Counted from the first letter of the stretch, positions 1-13,655 are shown. The stretch is 64,000 nt of DNA from Octopus bimaculoides (GCF_001194135.2 NC_068984.1:70807025-70871024); one strand, 5' to 3'. The notes: generated from the letters alone by a model not told the origin. Program-made: numbers and translations.

Positions 1-32
<32 letters not shown>

Positions 33-46
33 TAATAATAATAATG

Positions 47-92
<46 letters not shown>
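1..92 (+). repeat. (AAT)n microsatellite
   Basis: Near-perfect AAT run with occasional GAT units; it abuts the 3' end of the minus-strand SINE that follows. Confidence 0.98.
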
Positions 93-94
<2 letters not shown>

Positions 95-302
95 GTTTCA
101 AATTTTCACACAAGGCCAGCAATTTTGTGGGAGGATGTAAGTCAATTACATTTACCCCATTGTTCAGCTGGTACATATTTTACTGATCCCCGCAAAAGAA
201 TGTAAAGCAAAATCAATCTTGGCAGGATTTGAACTCTGAACATAAAGATGGATGAAATGTCGTTAAGCAATTTTTCCCGGTGTACTAACAATTCTGTCAG
301 GT
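93..302 (-). mobile_element. tRNA-derived SINE, family A
   Basis: Reverse complement reads ctgacagaattgttagtacacc...gttcagagttcaaatcctgcc...gattttgctttacattc...aaaatatgtaccagc...ggccttgtgtg, homologous to the copies at 36602-36820 and 40398-40610. Confidence 0.85.
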
Positions 303-482
303 TAATAATAATAACAATAATAATTATGATAAACTGAACATAGAGCTTTTAGGTTTTTATGAGACGTGACCTTTTGATCAAATCATGCTTTTCAGTTTTT
401 TTAAGGTCCTTTCTTAAAGAAATCTATGTTCATAAAATTCTCTATAGTTTAAAATAAACAAATCTGATTGCCAAATCTTGTC

Positions 483-528
<46 letters not shown>

Positions 529-555
529 GTTATTATTGTTATTATCATTATTATT
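483..555 (+). repeat. (TAT)n microsatellite
   Basis: Direct reading; explains the poly-Tyr ORF 468-710. Confidence 0.97.
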
Positions 556-1387
556 ACAAAATAACACTAGTGTTAGTATTTAGACTAAAGATCAAACACA
601 TTTGTAATAAATCAATGTTCTTTGATGTTAGTATAAGACATTCCTTTACCATTTGCCAACATCTTAAAAACCTAGGGAAACCTAATATGAATAATTGCCA
701 CCAATCATAAATTGCTATGTAATTGTTTCTTGTGAAGATACTGTCAACTAATAGAATACATTCTTAACTACAAAGTTACTTATCCAATTTAATTTAGTAC
801 ATTAGCAATAAAAATCACTTTGAACATTTACATCTTTTGCGTGTATCATGATATATTGTGACATATTCGTTTACTTGAATTGATAATGAGTTTCACGTTG
901 GGATTAAACTTGGTATGGTAGCTCTACAAAGAACACTGTTTTTTGAATCAAATCCAGCTGATTGTGAAGTGACTGTGACCTCTCATCGTTGTACAGTGAT
1001 CAGTCATCATTGTGTGTGTGTGTGTATCTATCTATCTATGAAAGTTTCAATAAAAAATAGGTAAATGTGGCAAGAATGGTAAGAATGAAAGACGACACCA
1101 TTTTAAGCATAGACTTGTAACAAAAAGAGACAAAAAGAGAGAAGGTACTTACTTTCATGTACCTTTAAAAAAAAAAAAGCCTGAGGTGACCGTGGTCTTT
1201 TCCATAGGCTTTTCTCTCCACGGATAAACCTAATCTGTTCCCCGTTTTTTACATTGACTGTGATACACGATCCCTATTGATGCCCCCCACCACGTTTTTT
1301 TTTTTCTTCCCGNNNNNNNNNNNNNNNNNNNNNNNNNNNNNNNNNNNNNNNNNNNNNNNNNNNNNNNNNNNNNNNNNNNNNNNNNNN

Positions 1388-1426
<39 letters not shown>

Positions 1427-1497
1427 CAATCATACATACACATGTATAAATATATATATATATGTGTGTGTGTGTATATAAATATATGTGTGTATAG

Positions 1498-1934
1498 ATC
1501 ATCGTCATCATTGGCGTTTAACGTCCGATTTCCATGCTAGCATGGGTTGGACGATTTGACTGAGGACTGGTGGACCAGGAGGCTACACTAGGCTCCAATC
1601 TGATTTCGCAGAGTTTCTACAGCTAGGTACCCTTCCTAACGCCAACCACTCCGAGAGTGTAGTGGCTGCTTTTACGTGCCACCGGTACGAAGGCCAGTCA
1701 GGCGGTACTGGCAACGGCCACGGTCAAAATGATGTANNNNNNNNNNAAGGCCAGTCAGGCGGTACTGGCAACGGCCACGGTCAAAATGATGTATTTTACG
1801 TGCCACCTGCACAGGAGCCAGTCCATCGGCACTGGCAACAATCTCGCTCAAATGTCTTATTGGCAATGGCCATGCTCCAAATGGTGTAGTTTACGTGTCA
1901 CCTGCACAGGAGCCAGTTCATTGGCACTGGCAAT
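1498..1934 (-). mobile_element. SINE-like element with RTE-type 3' tail and internal tandem repeats
   Basis: Begins in a (CAT)-like run, then gtttaacgtccgatttccatgctagcatgggttggacg...gtttctacagctagg..cccttcctaacgccaacc, followed by repeats of ttttacgtgccacc...ggcactggcaac. Homologous to 5631-5996 and 30555-30690. Confidence 0.75.
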
Positions 1935-2209
1935 ATATATATTTATATACATATATACATGCAGCTATTTTGTGTTGTCTGATAAATTCATTTGTTTCTT
2001 TCCAATATTATTTGAATTAACACAAAATATATTTTTATGAAAATCCTTAACAATTCTATGTAGTTTTATTCTTCCTTTACACATTTTGCTTGTAGCTTTT
2101 GAAATGTGAACAAATTTTACCACTTTTCAGATATATGATGACTGCTCACATTGTATTTTCTTGATACATCGTCTTCAGTATATTACCTTTTTCATTCACT
2201 CTCCAACAG

Positions 2210-2409
2210 TCTGTAAAGTCAGTTGTTTAATAACAGTGAGCTGCAAAAAGTGGCTCAATGCATTTTCTGAGTTTAAATTCAGTGATTTCTATGGTCAAAG
2301 CATTGACAAACAAATGGAACATTGGCAAAAAGTTGTGATAGATTTGTAAAAACTGTTGATGGAAAATAAGTTTTGAAATAAAAATTAATGAATTTATGTG
2401 ACAATCCAG
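2210..2409 (+). mobile_element. mariner 3' fragment (transposase C-terminus and TIR)
   Basis: Translates WLNAFSEFKFSDFYGQSIDKQMEHWQKVV, matching the mariner C-terminal pattern FFxSKxxDFYxxGIxKLxERWQKV; ends in aatttatgtgacaatccag|TA. Confidence 0.7.
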
Positions 2410-2495
2410 TACATTTGGGTATACATACATAAGTGTATATATTTATGTGTATGCACACATACATACAAATGTGCATACATATATACATGCATATA

Positions 2496-2528
<33 letters not shown>

Positions 2529-3284
2529 ATATACATATATATAAACTTTCGCAAAGGAAAAGTTGACAGTGACATAAGTTTGACTTTTCTGACTGTCATC
2601 AGAGAAATAAACAAACAAATAAATAAATTTAAATATTATTGAAATTACAATATAAATACTCATGCTTTAATTTTTGTTTTCCTGTTTGCATCACCAAACC
2701 CATATGTGTGTGTGTATATAGATGTGTGTCTGTATACACACACACACAACACACACACAACACACACACACACACACACATACACAAACACACATGCACA
2801 TATGTGTGTGTGTGTGTGCGTGTGCGTGTGCGTGTGCATGTGTATTTATATATTCATAGATAAACATACATATACATATAGATCTCGGTTGATTTTCATT
2901 TATTTTTTATCCATTGCTTCTTGGCTGGAATGGAAGTTTTGTGAAACAATTTTACAAGAAAAATATATCTATTTGGCTAAATTTTGTCATAAAATAACAA
3001 GTTTGACAGTTAATCTTACAGAGCCAATGTTTCAAATGAGAAATACACCAAATTGTTCACTGAATCATTGAGTTTATGCCCATAGTATGAATTAGCTGTA
3101 TATTAAACTCTATATTAGACCAGTAACACATTCATGCTATATAATTCGTTGAACCATTCATAAAACTAATGGCTGAAACCTTTTATTTGAACTTCAATTA
3201 GTTTGGCTACAGCAGCTTCCTCTCTGCTTTTCACCACATATATTGAACTTTTCCAGATAAATCCTATTCCAAATATTATATGTA

Positions 3285-4516
3285 CAAAAGTTGCACAGAA
3301 GTAATACAAAAGTGAGCATAAGTTTTAGATTAGCTAACTTAGGTTGTTCAAATTGCTCATATTAGTAGAGAATATCTCCTTGCTTTTTCCCTGCAGGAAA
3401 ATAATTGTTTCTAAGCAAATGCAACATGCCATCATTAAGTTCTTGAAGGCATACCCAGCTTCGTCCCCGTACAGGCTACCTCACATGCATTGAAGACTAT
3501 AGGTGGTTTATGGAGACATTATCATTAACAAGAGTAATATGCACAAATGTATGAAGTTTAAATAAGGAAAACCTAACATCGAAGATAAGCCATGCAGTGG
3601 GAGACTGTCAACTACAATAATTGACACAAATTATCCATGAATTGACAAATTGATCTGTGCAGACAGCTGAGTCACAGCACATGAGCTTGCTGCACAATTA
3701 GACTGAGGTAACAGTGCATTACAGAAGGTAGTGGAAGACATTGCAAAACGGAAAGTGTGTGCAATGAAGGTCAGTAATTGACACCACACTTAAGTAGAAA
3801 GTGATGAATATTTCCTCTGATCTCATGGAAATGTCTGAAGCCAGTGAAGACATATTTTGCCTAACTGATAACAGAAAATTATGCACAGATGTATTTATTT
3901 TTACGATCTGGAAACAGAAGCTCAGTTCATTAAACCTCCTTCTCAAAAGCTTTATAAGCTCAAGAGCCAGCAATTAGCACACAACATTATGGTGGCTGCA
4001 TTTTTGAATATCAAAGGTATGATTCTCCATAGTTTTCTGGAATGTAGATGTAATGTGAGAAGTGCACACAACAGTGTGACACATTTAATGCTTGCAAAGT
4101 TATTAAGATGAAGAGACCCTACAACTTTTCATACACACAGACACAAGAATGGTGATTGTCAAATTGGTCTGGTTGGTGAACCTAATCCATTGTACAACCT
4201 TGATCTGGGACCTACTGGCTTCCTTTGTTATATCCAACGAAGAACAATTTTTAGGGACAATGATTCAGTGATTCAAATGATATAAAAGTGATAGTGAAGT
4301 TGTAGGTACAACAGTTCATGCCTAAATTATTTCAAAGATGTTTGAGAGCTGGGTTTGAATACAGTGCAAATGCATCGCTTGTGATGAGGTCTATCTATGC
4401 TGAGTAATATCTTTGAATAGAAGACTTACTTTTTTTTATCATGTGCAATTTCAATGGTCTGCATCATTTAATAAAACAGTCATGCTCAATACATCATTAT
4501 TTCAGTATAGCCTTTG
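3285..4516 (+). mobile_element. Decayed near-full-length mariner element
   Basis: TA-flanked TIRs (tacaaaagttgcacagaagtaata vs reverse complement tacaaaggctatactgaaataatg, 17/24). Broken transposase with QHAIIKFL, EDKPCSGR, IMVAAFLNIKGMIL (cf. VMATVFWDSKGVIL) and LYNLDLGPTGF (cf. YSPDLAPSDF). Confidence 0.85.
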
Positions 4517-4910
4517 TACTGAAATATGATACTGCATAAAATCTAAGAAATATATTTTATATGGATACAGAGCTAATTATAGGGAAAATTATTTTGAAAG
4601 ATAATAGTGCAAATTTCATTGAGCAATCTGAGATATGATATTCATTTGCATGTTCAATGTGAGAAGAGAAAAAAAAACATATGGAAACCTTGAATTTAAT
4701 TACAAATGTTAATTTAAATAAGAATACTACACTCAGATTCATTATGCTAACATGTCCCATACCTTTTGTAAGTATCTGGAATATTTTCAATGCATATTAA
4801 AAACTATTATCTATGTTACAGCATATAAGCACCAAGCAAATCTATGCTTTTTGATGAAGTGAGTGATACAAGGAAATACATACATATATGCACATATTTG
4901 TATGTGTGTT

Positions 4911-4967
<57 letters not shown>

Positions 4968-5630
4968 GCATAAATATGTACATCTCTCTCTCTCTCACTC
5001 ACTCTTTCGTTCTATCTATCAATCTATCTGTCTGTCTGTATGTATGTGGCATGCATATATGTGTGTGTCTGTGTGTGTATGTGTATATACATATATATGC
5101 ACACACATATGCACACACCCATACACACACATTTATGTAAATACAGAAAGAGAGACAGACAGACAGACAGACAGAAAAAAAGAGAGAGAAACATAAAAAA
5201 GACTTAATTTGCATTTATCCTAACTTACATGTGGGTACAGATGTAATGACCCACTATTTAGGGTGTAAAATTGCAGGTATATTTTCAGGTATATGCTCAT
5301 TTATTCAAGCAAACCAATTAATTTCTTTTTATCTTATATGACTTCCGTGATTTCTCTAATAATATGAGAACCATGCTTTACAATTAAGGAAGTTTAGGAG
5401 TAATTCACAGTCCTTGTAATTCTAAGCAAGTAAGAAAGTATCTGGTAATTGTACTCTCTGTGCAATATTGCAGCTAAACTTCACTTTGATTTAAGATGTA
5501 TGAAAAACAGTAACCAAAAATTTTGTTTTAGTACTTGCATAGAAATATTTGCAATGAAATACATTGCTTACTGCTTTTAAATGATTTTGAAAGTCAGCAA
5601 GCATCTGGTAAGATTTAATACAATATGAGC

Positions 5631-5996
5631 ATCACTATCATCATCATCCTCATCATTTAGCATCCACTTTCCATGCTGTCATGGGTTAAACTGTTTGACT
5701 GGAATATGTAAGCCAGAGAGCTGTACAAGGTTCCAATCTGATTTGGTTTGGTTTCTATGGCTGGATACCTTTCCTAATGTAGTAGGTCTCCTGTACTTGT
5801 CAATTGGTCTAGATGCCCTTCTTAATGCCAACTATTCCAAGAATATAGTAGGTGTCCTGTGCTTGTCGACTGGTCTGGACACCTTTCATGCATCACCAGC
5901 ATGGGTGTTTTTTATGTCTCACTGACACCAGGCACGGTTATGATTTCCCTTGGCTTGATGAGTTTTCTCAAGCACAACAAATCACCAAAGGTCTCA
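5631..5996 (-). mobile_element. SINE-like element with RTE-type tail, diverged copy
   Basis: Homologous to 1498-1934 (tttccatgctgtcatgggtt...tccaatctgatttgg...gtttctatggctggat), with an internal duplication. Confidence 0.7.
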
Positions 5997-6204
5997 TTAA
6001 TAAAAATTTGGTGTTTGTAAAGTAAAAAAAAATTTATATGAAACTGAGTTTTAATTTAAATATCAACAATTGAAAACACTACATTTTGTTTCTTAAAAAT
6101 GGTGGCAATCACAAATCATTTGGTTTTTAAAGTGTTTGTTTTTTAAATCTGAAAGGAAATCCTTAATAGTGATAAGATAACCACCAAATAAAATCAAGAT
6201 ATAC

Positions 6205-6410
6205 AAGGGGGCCTCTACACAGCTGTTTCACACCCAAATTCACACTTTACCATCTTACAAAGAAAAAAAAAGATAATAAATAAATAAAAATAAAAAAAGG
6301 ACACATTGAACATTACCCTAGGTATATAAAAAGTAAGTCATGTCTAGAATGAGTTTGGTAAATAGGCCTGCTCAATTAGGACTGACTTCAGATCAAACAA
6401 CAACAACAGA
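6205..6410 (+). mobile_element. Diverged short interspersed repeat, family D (AAC-tailed)
   Basis: Shares the end motif gctagaa...tgatc...gctgac...ctaaacaacaac with 14712-14920, 32110-32320, 51020-51235 and 55450-55650; alignment by eye only. Confidence 0.45.
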
Positions 6411-6897
6411 TCAAAAGCACTGAAGTCTTGTACAAATCAAAATTTTATATTTTATCAAAGATATTGGAATTGTAAGTTGTTTCTTGACATTGAATCAGCC
6501 ATCTCTATTACATGACTGTACTCAATTAGAAATTGCTGGTCAGTTTTTCTCAGCAATAATAATGATACAATCAGTTAAGAAAGGCAGTTCAGTGGACAAT
6601 GTTTGTAGGTTTTGTCTGGCGAAATAAATAAAATATTCAAACAATGTCCACTAAATAAATCTGATAAAATCTGAGAGACAAAAATAGATAAATAAATAAA
6701 AATACAGCCTGTGACCTGTGAATGGTGTGAAAAGGAATTTTACAGTCTCCACTTGTGACACCTAGCTTAGCAATAAGTAAAGATAGGAAAGTAAAAAAAA
6801 AAGCAGAAATATAGAAAAGTAATGTTGAAGTAAAAGACATTGTGGTAACAACTGACTGTTATCTCATCTCATTCAATCCATTATTATAATAACACAG

Positions 6898-6966
6898 GAA
6901 CCAGAAATCTGCAAAGATGATGTTTATGATGACAACTCAGCTGAAGTGTTGAAGACGATGGAATAG
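6898..6966 (+). CDS. Possible terminal coding exon (EPEICKDDVYDDNSAEVLKTME*) of a gene starting upstream of the window
   Basis: CTGAC branch-like motif about 40 nt upstream, acceptor cacag|, GAN-rich codons, TAG at 6964-6966, AATAAA at 7090-7095. No upstream partner exon found. Confidence 0.3.
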   Translation, partial: EPEICKDDVYDDNSAEVLKTME

Positions 6967-7719
6967 CTACCAATATCAAGTTGCGCCATCTATGGAATGA
7001 TTTATTGACTGACAAATGCTACAATATTTTAGTTTCGTTTAGTAAGCTGAGCAGAAATGTATTCTAACTTGAAATTGTCTCTTTTATGAAATAAAAGTAG
7101 TAACAAAACTAATAACTTTTACTATTGGGACTAGCATTGAAACCAAGAAAGATGGAAAATTGAAAGTTCTGTTTGAATTGTATTTGTTTTCAAGTTTCGA
7201 TTGTAGATAAACTTGTTTATTTCTATGAAAAGAGAATATTATTCTCAGTCATATAAAAGCTCTATCTAGGGACTGTGGTAAGTATTAGTAAGATAGTTGT
7301 TCATTGAAAAGAGCTGATAAGTCTGGAACATGTGCAAAGTTGTCATTGTAGTTTCCAAAATCAAACACACTTCTTTATTGCAAGCTCTTAATCAATTGTT
7401 AATTCATTTTAAACTCTGAGTTGTACCGCCTGTCCTTTTTCACTAGAATTAATCATTAAGATAATTACTTTTCTCTTCAATACAGACGAAATTTTTAATC
7501 AATTAAAATTTGTTGGCACACTACATTAAGTATATTAGCATGCACTTAACTAACTCTGTATTAAGGTTTGCCTTATCTGTTGTTATTTTTTTTTCTATGT
7601 TCAGATTAATCTCTTTTTCCCTTGAATTAGTTTATTAAATTAAAAGTAAGTGCAAAGATTCACATGAGTTAGACCCTCTTGCATTGGGAGAAGTGAAAAT
7701 ATAAGGATATCTAAAAGAG

Positions 7720-7880
7720 CATCATCATCATCATGATAAAGACGATGATGGAAATAATGATGATGATGATGATGATGATGATTATGACGATGATGATGAT
7801 GATGATGATGATGATATTCTGTTCATATGTTGTATTATGGAATTTCATCATCATCATCGTCGTCATTGTCATTGTTGTCC
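7720..7880. repeat. (CAT)n/(GAT)n microsatellite cluster
   Basis: Direct reading; explains the poly-Met and poly-Ile ORFs. Confidence 0.95.
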
Positions 7881-8156
7881 CCATCAACATTGTAATAGCC
7901 ATTTTCACAATTGGTATTTGTTCTTCCTATGATGTAATTATTATTTGCATTTTCATTGCAAGGAGGAAGTGTAATAATCACACTTGGGCATCTGTCCACA
8001 GAAATTCAATCTCGATCTTCTTGCTGCAGGTTAGTGGGATGTTTTGGGTTGAGAAAGATAACTGGTAAGACAAAAGTTTCAAAGGGATACATTTCATTGT
8101 AAGAATTTTGCATTGAATCCTTCTCTTTTTGTTGTTGCCCCAATATATATATATAT

Positions 8157-9071
8157 GATCTCGACCGAAGAGAGAAAACTCCGAATGACCTGTCCGTGTT
8201 TTCTTTGTATCATCTATCTGTATGTTATGTGCCTTTCTTGTATCACCTAACTGTTTGGATGTTTTGCTTTCTTGTCCCATTCTGTATTATTTATATATAT
8301 ATATAGTGGCGTATGTACACTTGTCTCTTATATGTAAGTATACATTTTTCTAAATCTTGTATGACTCTATTTCTGTCTATCAGCCCCTTCACCCTTATTC
8401 ATTCATTCCACTGTTCATTCTTTCGTTCCCCCTCACTCACATTTCCTTGCCTTATATTCTTGCTCACTTTCCCTCCACTTTTCACTTAACTGTGTTCCTG
8501 TCATTTTTTCTCGCCCCCTCCTTAATTCTTTTGTCCCGCTGCCTCTACCTCTCTCTCTTCTCTTTCCTTGTGACGTGACCGGTGTTCGGCCAAGCCTGAC
8601 CTTCTTTTCTTGTCCAGCAGTTGAGCGTGCAACATCGTTATTCCTCCCTGTGTCTGTGAAATCTTGTATCCCGACTGTAAGCCCTTATTTCCATATACAC
8701 CAGCTTAATTTAATTCGTCCTTTGTCGAATGACATCTGTTGTTTTGTCCTGTTATTATTCTTACTGTATTTGTACTACTGTATTTGTGTAACATTGTTCG
8801 TTTTTCTTCTGTCCTTGTTTTTGTATACATTCACTGCTTTCTCCCAAGGAATCTAATGCTCTTAGCTTAGTTTTTCCTTGGGGCTGGCCAGATTGGAACA
8901 ATATCAAGTATAACCAGCCGAAATTGCAAGGATAATGTGGATCTCGACTGAAGAGAAAAAACTCCGAATGACATGTCCGTGTTTTCTTTGTATCGTTTAT
9001 CTGTATGTTTTGTGCCTTTCTTGTATCACCTAACTGACTGGATGTTTTGCATTCTTGTCCCATTCTGTATT
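8157..9071 (+). mobile_element. Non-coding element with 132-bp terminal direct repeats 783 bp apart (Penelope pLTR-like partial tandem)
   Basis: 8157-8288 and 8940-9071 align almost base for base (gatctcgac.gaagag...cttgtcccattctgtatt); CT-rich interior; preceded by (TA)n. PLE assignment is inference. Confidence 0.6.
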
Positions 9072-9122
9072 NNNNNNNNNNTGTGTGTGTGTGTGTATGT
9101 GTGTGTGTGTGTGTATAGAGTG

Positions 9123-9162
<40 letters not shown>

Positions 9163-9656
9163 GCATGCACTAATAACTACAGTGTATCTTTGACAGTGAA
9201 TATAATTATGTACATACTTGTTCAAACATGTGTACACATGGCAGTCAATGCATGTATGTATGTATTTGTCTGTGAAAACTTAAACCTTTATAATTTTATT
9301 TGAATTTTTCATTAGCAAATGTCCTTGTGGTCAGTAGTCATCTCCACTAACTATGATGACAAAAATGATGACTATAACAACAATGACTAGAATGACAAAG
9401 TATTTTATTCTTAGAAAAAGTTGTAGTTGGTTTACCTACAACTTGTGATAAGCTTAGTTTTTATAAGTATTATACATTAGAGGAAATTTATTATGGAGAG
9501 AGTAGGAAATGAGACATGGTGGGTATAGTTCACTGCAGATTCTGGTAAATATAATTCTAATTTTGATTGATGTATAATGGGGTAAGGTAGTGTCCCTAAT
9601 TGTTTTCAAAGTCAGTGCGACTAGTGAGAGGTAAGGAGGAAAGAAAGTGCCCTTAA

Positions 9657-9875
9657 CTCTTTAGCATTCAGATTACTCTGTCAAATGTAATGCTTATTTA
9701 TTCATATTGTTTTGAATTAATCATGCATTATCTTGTAGCTTTGAGATTTTATGATGAGATTACTTATTTGTAGAAGAACATTGTAGGGCAGGTGTGATCA
9801 GTTGTATCTGGCTAGTTAGAATGTAAAATAGGTAGAATATTCAGGCCAGATATGACTAATTTGAATGCTAAAGGG
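9657..9875. mobile_element. piggyBac-type MITE
   Basis: TTAA at 9653-9656 and 9876-9879; TIR ctctttagcattca / tgaatgctaaaggg (13/14). Confidence 0.85.
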
Positions 9876-10244
9876 TTAAACCAAAAAAGATCTAATCCAA
9901 ATTCTGGCAAAAGAATGGGTTCTGCTAAAGGTAACTATATGTCAGGAAATGGTGTTAAAAGTAAACTATGACAGTATTTGACTTCAGAACTTGTCAAACC
10001 AGAATAACATAATGCTCATATCATTCCAGAAATCCAACACCAAAAACTGGTGTGCTATTTAGAAAGCTAAGAAGGATGAAAGGCAAAGTTGACTTTGGTG
10101 GGATTTGAACTTTGAAATCAAGAAGCTTGAATGAATTCTAAAAGGCATATCTTCCATGCAGTAATGTCACTATCACCTATATACTTTAAAGTTGATATTT
10201 TCAGATTTTTTATTATTTTGGTTGAATGCAATTCTTCTGGCTCA

Positions 10245-10390
10245 GAGTTCAAATTCCACTGAAGTTAACTTTTCTTTCCTCACTGGGTTGATAACTAATA
10301 ACATAAGCACCAGTTGAGCATGGGAGGTGGGGATGTCAACTAATCCCCTCTTCATAACTTTGCTTGCCTTGTACCAAAATTTGAGACCCT
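10245..10390 (+). mobile_element. SINE family A, 5'-truncated diverged copy (another fragment on the minus strand at 10045-10130)
   Basis: cagagttcaaattccactgaagttaacttt...ataagcaccagttgagc...gccttgtaccaaaatttgag. Confidence 0.7.
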
Positions 10391-12974
10391 TATTTTGGTG
10401 GCATGATATGTCATGGAATGTTCCTAAGCCATTCAACAAAGGCCTTTTTGTCATTATTTTTTTATGACTTGAATAAATGATATCAAGTTATTAAATGTCT
10501 ATTACATGTATGGAAATATTATCATTTTGTATGCAGGTGGAGAATGGTAACATTGTTGGAGATTAGTTATATTTCAAGAAATGAAATGTCATCTATTGTT
10601 GTTCATGAGAAATCCAGTTTGATAATGTAGTTAAAAAAAAAAAAAAAAAAAATCAAATAAACAGCAAGATATGCACATGTTTGATAAAATCTATTGTTTG
10701 CATATCATAAAATGTTAGCATTTAATTATTTGATTTCTTTGAAATATTAAATTCATTTGGACCATTTTAATATCATCTCACTTTAAACTTCCCTTACTAC
10801 TTTGATACAAAACCTCAAATTTGAACTGTTCATATCTATATTAAAACTTTTCATCATTATTTTATGTGAGAACCTTTTTATCAGTTGACTAAGTTTCTTA
10901 AAATTTTGGANNNNNNNNNNNNNNNNNNNNNNNNNNNNNNNNNNNNNNNNNNNNNNNNNNNNNNNNNNNNNNNNNNNNNNNNNNNNNNNNNNNNNNNNNN
11001 NNNNNNNNNNNNNNNNNNNNNNNNNNNNNNNNNNNNNNNNNNNNNNNNNNNNNNNNNNNNNNNNNNNNNNNNNNNNNNNNNNNNNNNNNNNNNNNNNNNN
11101 NNNNNNNNNNNNNNNNNNNNNNNNNNNNNNNNNNNNNNNNNNNNNNNNNNNNNNNNNNNNNNNNNNNNNNNNNNNNNNNNNNNNNNNNNNNNNNNNNNTA
11201 TATATATATATATATATTTCCCTATAAAATTAAGTACAAATTGATTAGCTTCAGGGTACTGCAATTTGTTTTAAATGAAGATATCTACTAGCATTTGAAT
11301 TTGTGACTAATCAAAGAAATGAATATTATTCCTACAAGTTATATAACTAATCAATGAATTGCATAGCCTCTACAAATTCTAGCTTATTAAATATTGTCAG
11401 TATTCTAAAATCATGAAGAGTTAATTCCCTCAATCAAATAAATCTTCAAAATCACCTAAGCATTATCAATAGCAAACCCAAAATGCGACTGGAGAATTTA
11501 CTGAGGCGATGAAGGGCTTTCAAAAGCCAAAGACCAATGAGTTGAATGTGATCTTGTTGGATGTTTAATACTAATTTTCATGAAAAATCGAAGACAAATA
11601 AGTTGCGAGAGAATAGCTGTATATTAAGAACACCTACTGGTAGTGAGTCTAAGAGATTTATTATAAGATAGACATATTTAGAGAGAGAGAGAGAGTTTTC
11701 TTGATGTGCATAGTGAATAACTCTAATGAAGTTATTCAAACTTTATTAAACTCTTTATTTTTTCAGCTAATGTGTCAAGAGCAAATCACCCCAGCAGAAA
11801 TCTTCTTTCTCCAATCAAAATCCATGAGACATTTTTAATCTATATCAGTTAGTTAATGATGTTCTTAATGTTTTAGTAGTGTTCCAACTGCCAGCAGCAA
11901 AATAATTATATAGCCAAATTGTTCCTATGTATATGTAGTGTATCTTGGGTGTACAAACAGATGCATGACTGGAAATGCTGAGTTTAGAGCTCCATGTAAT
12001 TTATCATTGTCCAGTCTGCTTTTAGTTTAGTGGTTAAATAACTACTGTACTAGTTAAGATATAGAGAGCAAATGCTGGAGAAGTTATAATAAATGCAAGT
12101 TTATATTATTAGTCCTTCCATATATTTCACTGTAGTAGCTGTTTGGAACTCTGCATTGAATGTTCCAAGTTAATTGAATGCTTAATGAGAAAGGATCATC
12201 ATTAGTTCACTGTAATATAATGCAACAGGGTATTCACTGATGATTTGTTGTGGTTAAGCATCCAACTGCACATGGAATATCCAGTGCAAAGTCTCAAGCA
12301 ACCACAGTGGTGAGACATATATAGAGACAAACAATATAAACTTGTGTTTATTATAATTCATTATAAGATGCAACTAAATAGAACGTAGTTATTGGGAGTT
12401 GACTGTCACAGCTATGAATGCATTTCAGTGTCAATGACAGGAAAAACAATGGACCAGATTCAAATTTAGCAATTTGGGTCTGGTAGCCTGTTACACTATT
12501 GAGCTAATCAAACTACCATCCATTATCATTTTATTTTAGTACTCATGCATTATGGTACCCCTTTGAATATTTTCAAGTTAGATAATGAATAAATTAATTC
12601 CATCAATCAATTATGTTTATTAATATTTAATTATCAAGTGATGATGACAGTGATGATGATTATTGAAATTTTTCAGATTTGATTTTTTAAGTAAATTATC
12701 TGAAAGTAAAAAAAAACCCAAAAAACATTAAGGGGCATATGATAAATATCAAGCACATTAAATTTAATTGCAATTTTAATCTAAGGTCTTCAAAGGAAAT
12801 TTCCTTCTTAATATTTTCTACTGCTTCCTACACTATTGCAATGATGTAATTTCTCCTTTTAAAGCAAAGCTTTTGACCATGACTGGAATATAAATTTCCT
12901 GGTAATTGCCTGTTTATATGTTTGATCTGTCTCTCATCGCTTGGATTGCTGTTGCCAGTTAGATTGCCCAGTTT

Positions 12975-13150
12975 CAGCGTCTGCAGCTAGAGCTCTATGA
13001 CCCACATGCTATTGACTTTGGCAGGGTCCAGAATTTGGTTTTTGTACCCACACTGTCATTCTCATACAACAATGACTCATTTGTTATTATCTCCAACAAT
13101 TCCCTTTCCTATGGAGATAATACCACCCTCCACTCCTCCCCAACTTCTGC
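12975..13150 (+). mobile_element. LINE (CR1/Jockey-like) reverse transcriptase fragment
   Basis: Translates roughly GRVQNLVFVPTLSFSYNND...SNNSLSYGDNTTLHSS, matching GVPQGSVLSPTLFLLYIND...HSYADDTTL. Confidence 0.6.
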
Positions 13151-13199
13151 ACCTGAAACATCTTATGTCAAATATGCATTGATTTCATGAACATAGATG

Positions 13200-13655
13200 C
13201 TGGCATAGCTGTGTGGTAAGGAGATTGCTTCTCAACCACATGGTTCTGGGTTCAGTCCTACTGCCTGGCACCTTTGGCAAGTATCTTCTACTATAGCCTT
13301 GGGCTGATCAAAGCCATGAGTGGATTTGGTAGACCAAAACTGCAAGAATCCCATTGTATGTATGTATATATGAATATATGTATGTATGTATGTGTGTGTG
13401 CATGCATGCATGTGAGTATGCATGTGTGTGTGTGTGTGTCTTTGTGTCTGTGTTTGTTTCCTCATCGTTGTTTGATAACCAGTGTTGGTGTATTTAGGTC
13501 CCCATATCTTAGCAGTTCAGCAAAAAAGGCCAATAGAATAAGTACTAAGCTTAAGAAATAAGTTATGGTGTTGATTTGCTTGACCAAAACCCTTCAGAGT
13601 GGTACTCCAGCATAGCCACAGTCAAATGACTGAAACAAGTAAACGAATAAAAGAA
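13200..13655 (+). mobile_element. Composite tRNA-derived SINE, family B (head, (TG)n, tail)
   Basis: A box tagctgtgtggta and B box gggttcagtcc, central TA/TG microsatellite, tail ending cagtcaaatgactgaaacaagtaaacgaataaaaga; matches 51659-52040. Confidence 0.88.

Noticed and set aside
1690-1793. Perfect 47-bp tandem duplication
   Set aside because: The two copies flank a fixed 10-N gap, typical of unmerged overlapping contig ends; probably an assembly artefact.
8870-8935. Hammerhead-like cctt...ggctgg/ccagcc-GAAA...aagg
   Set aside because: No CUGANGA box and no pairable stem III. The nearby ctgaagag...ctccgaat (8948-8969) also lacks GAAA.
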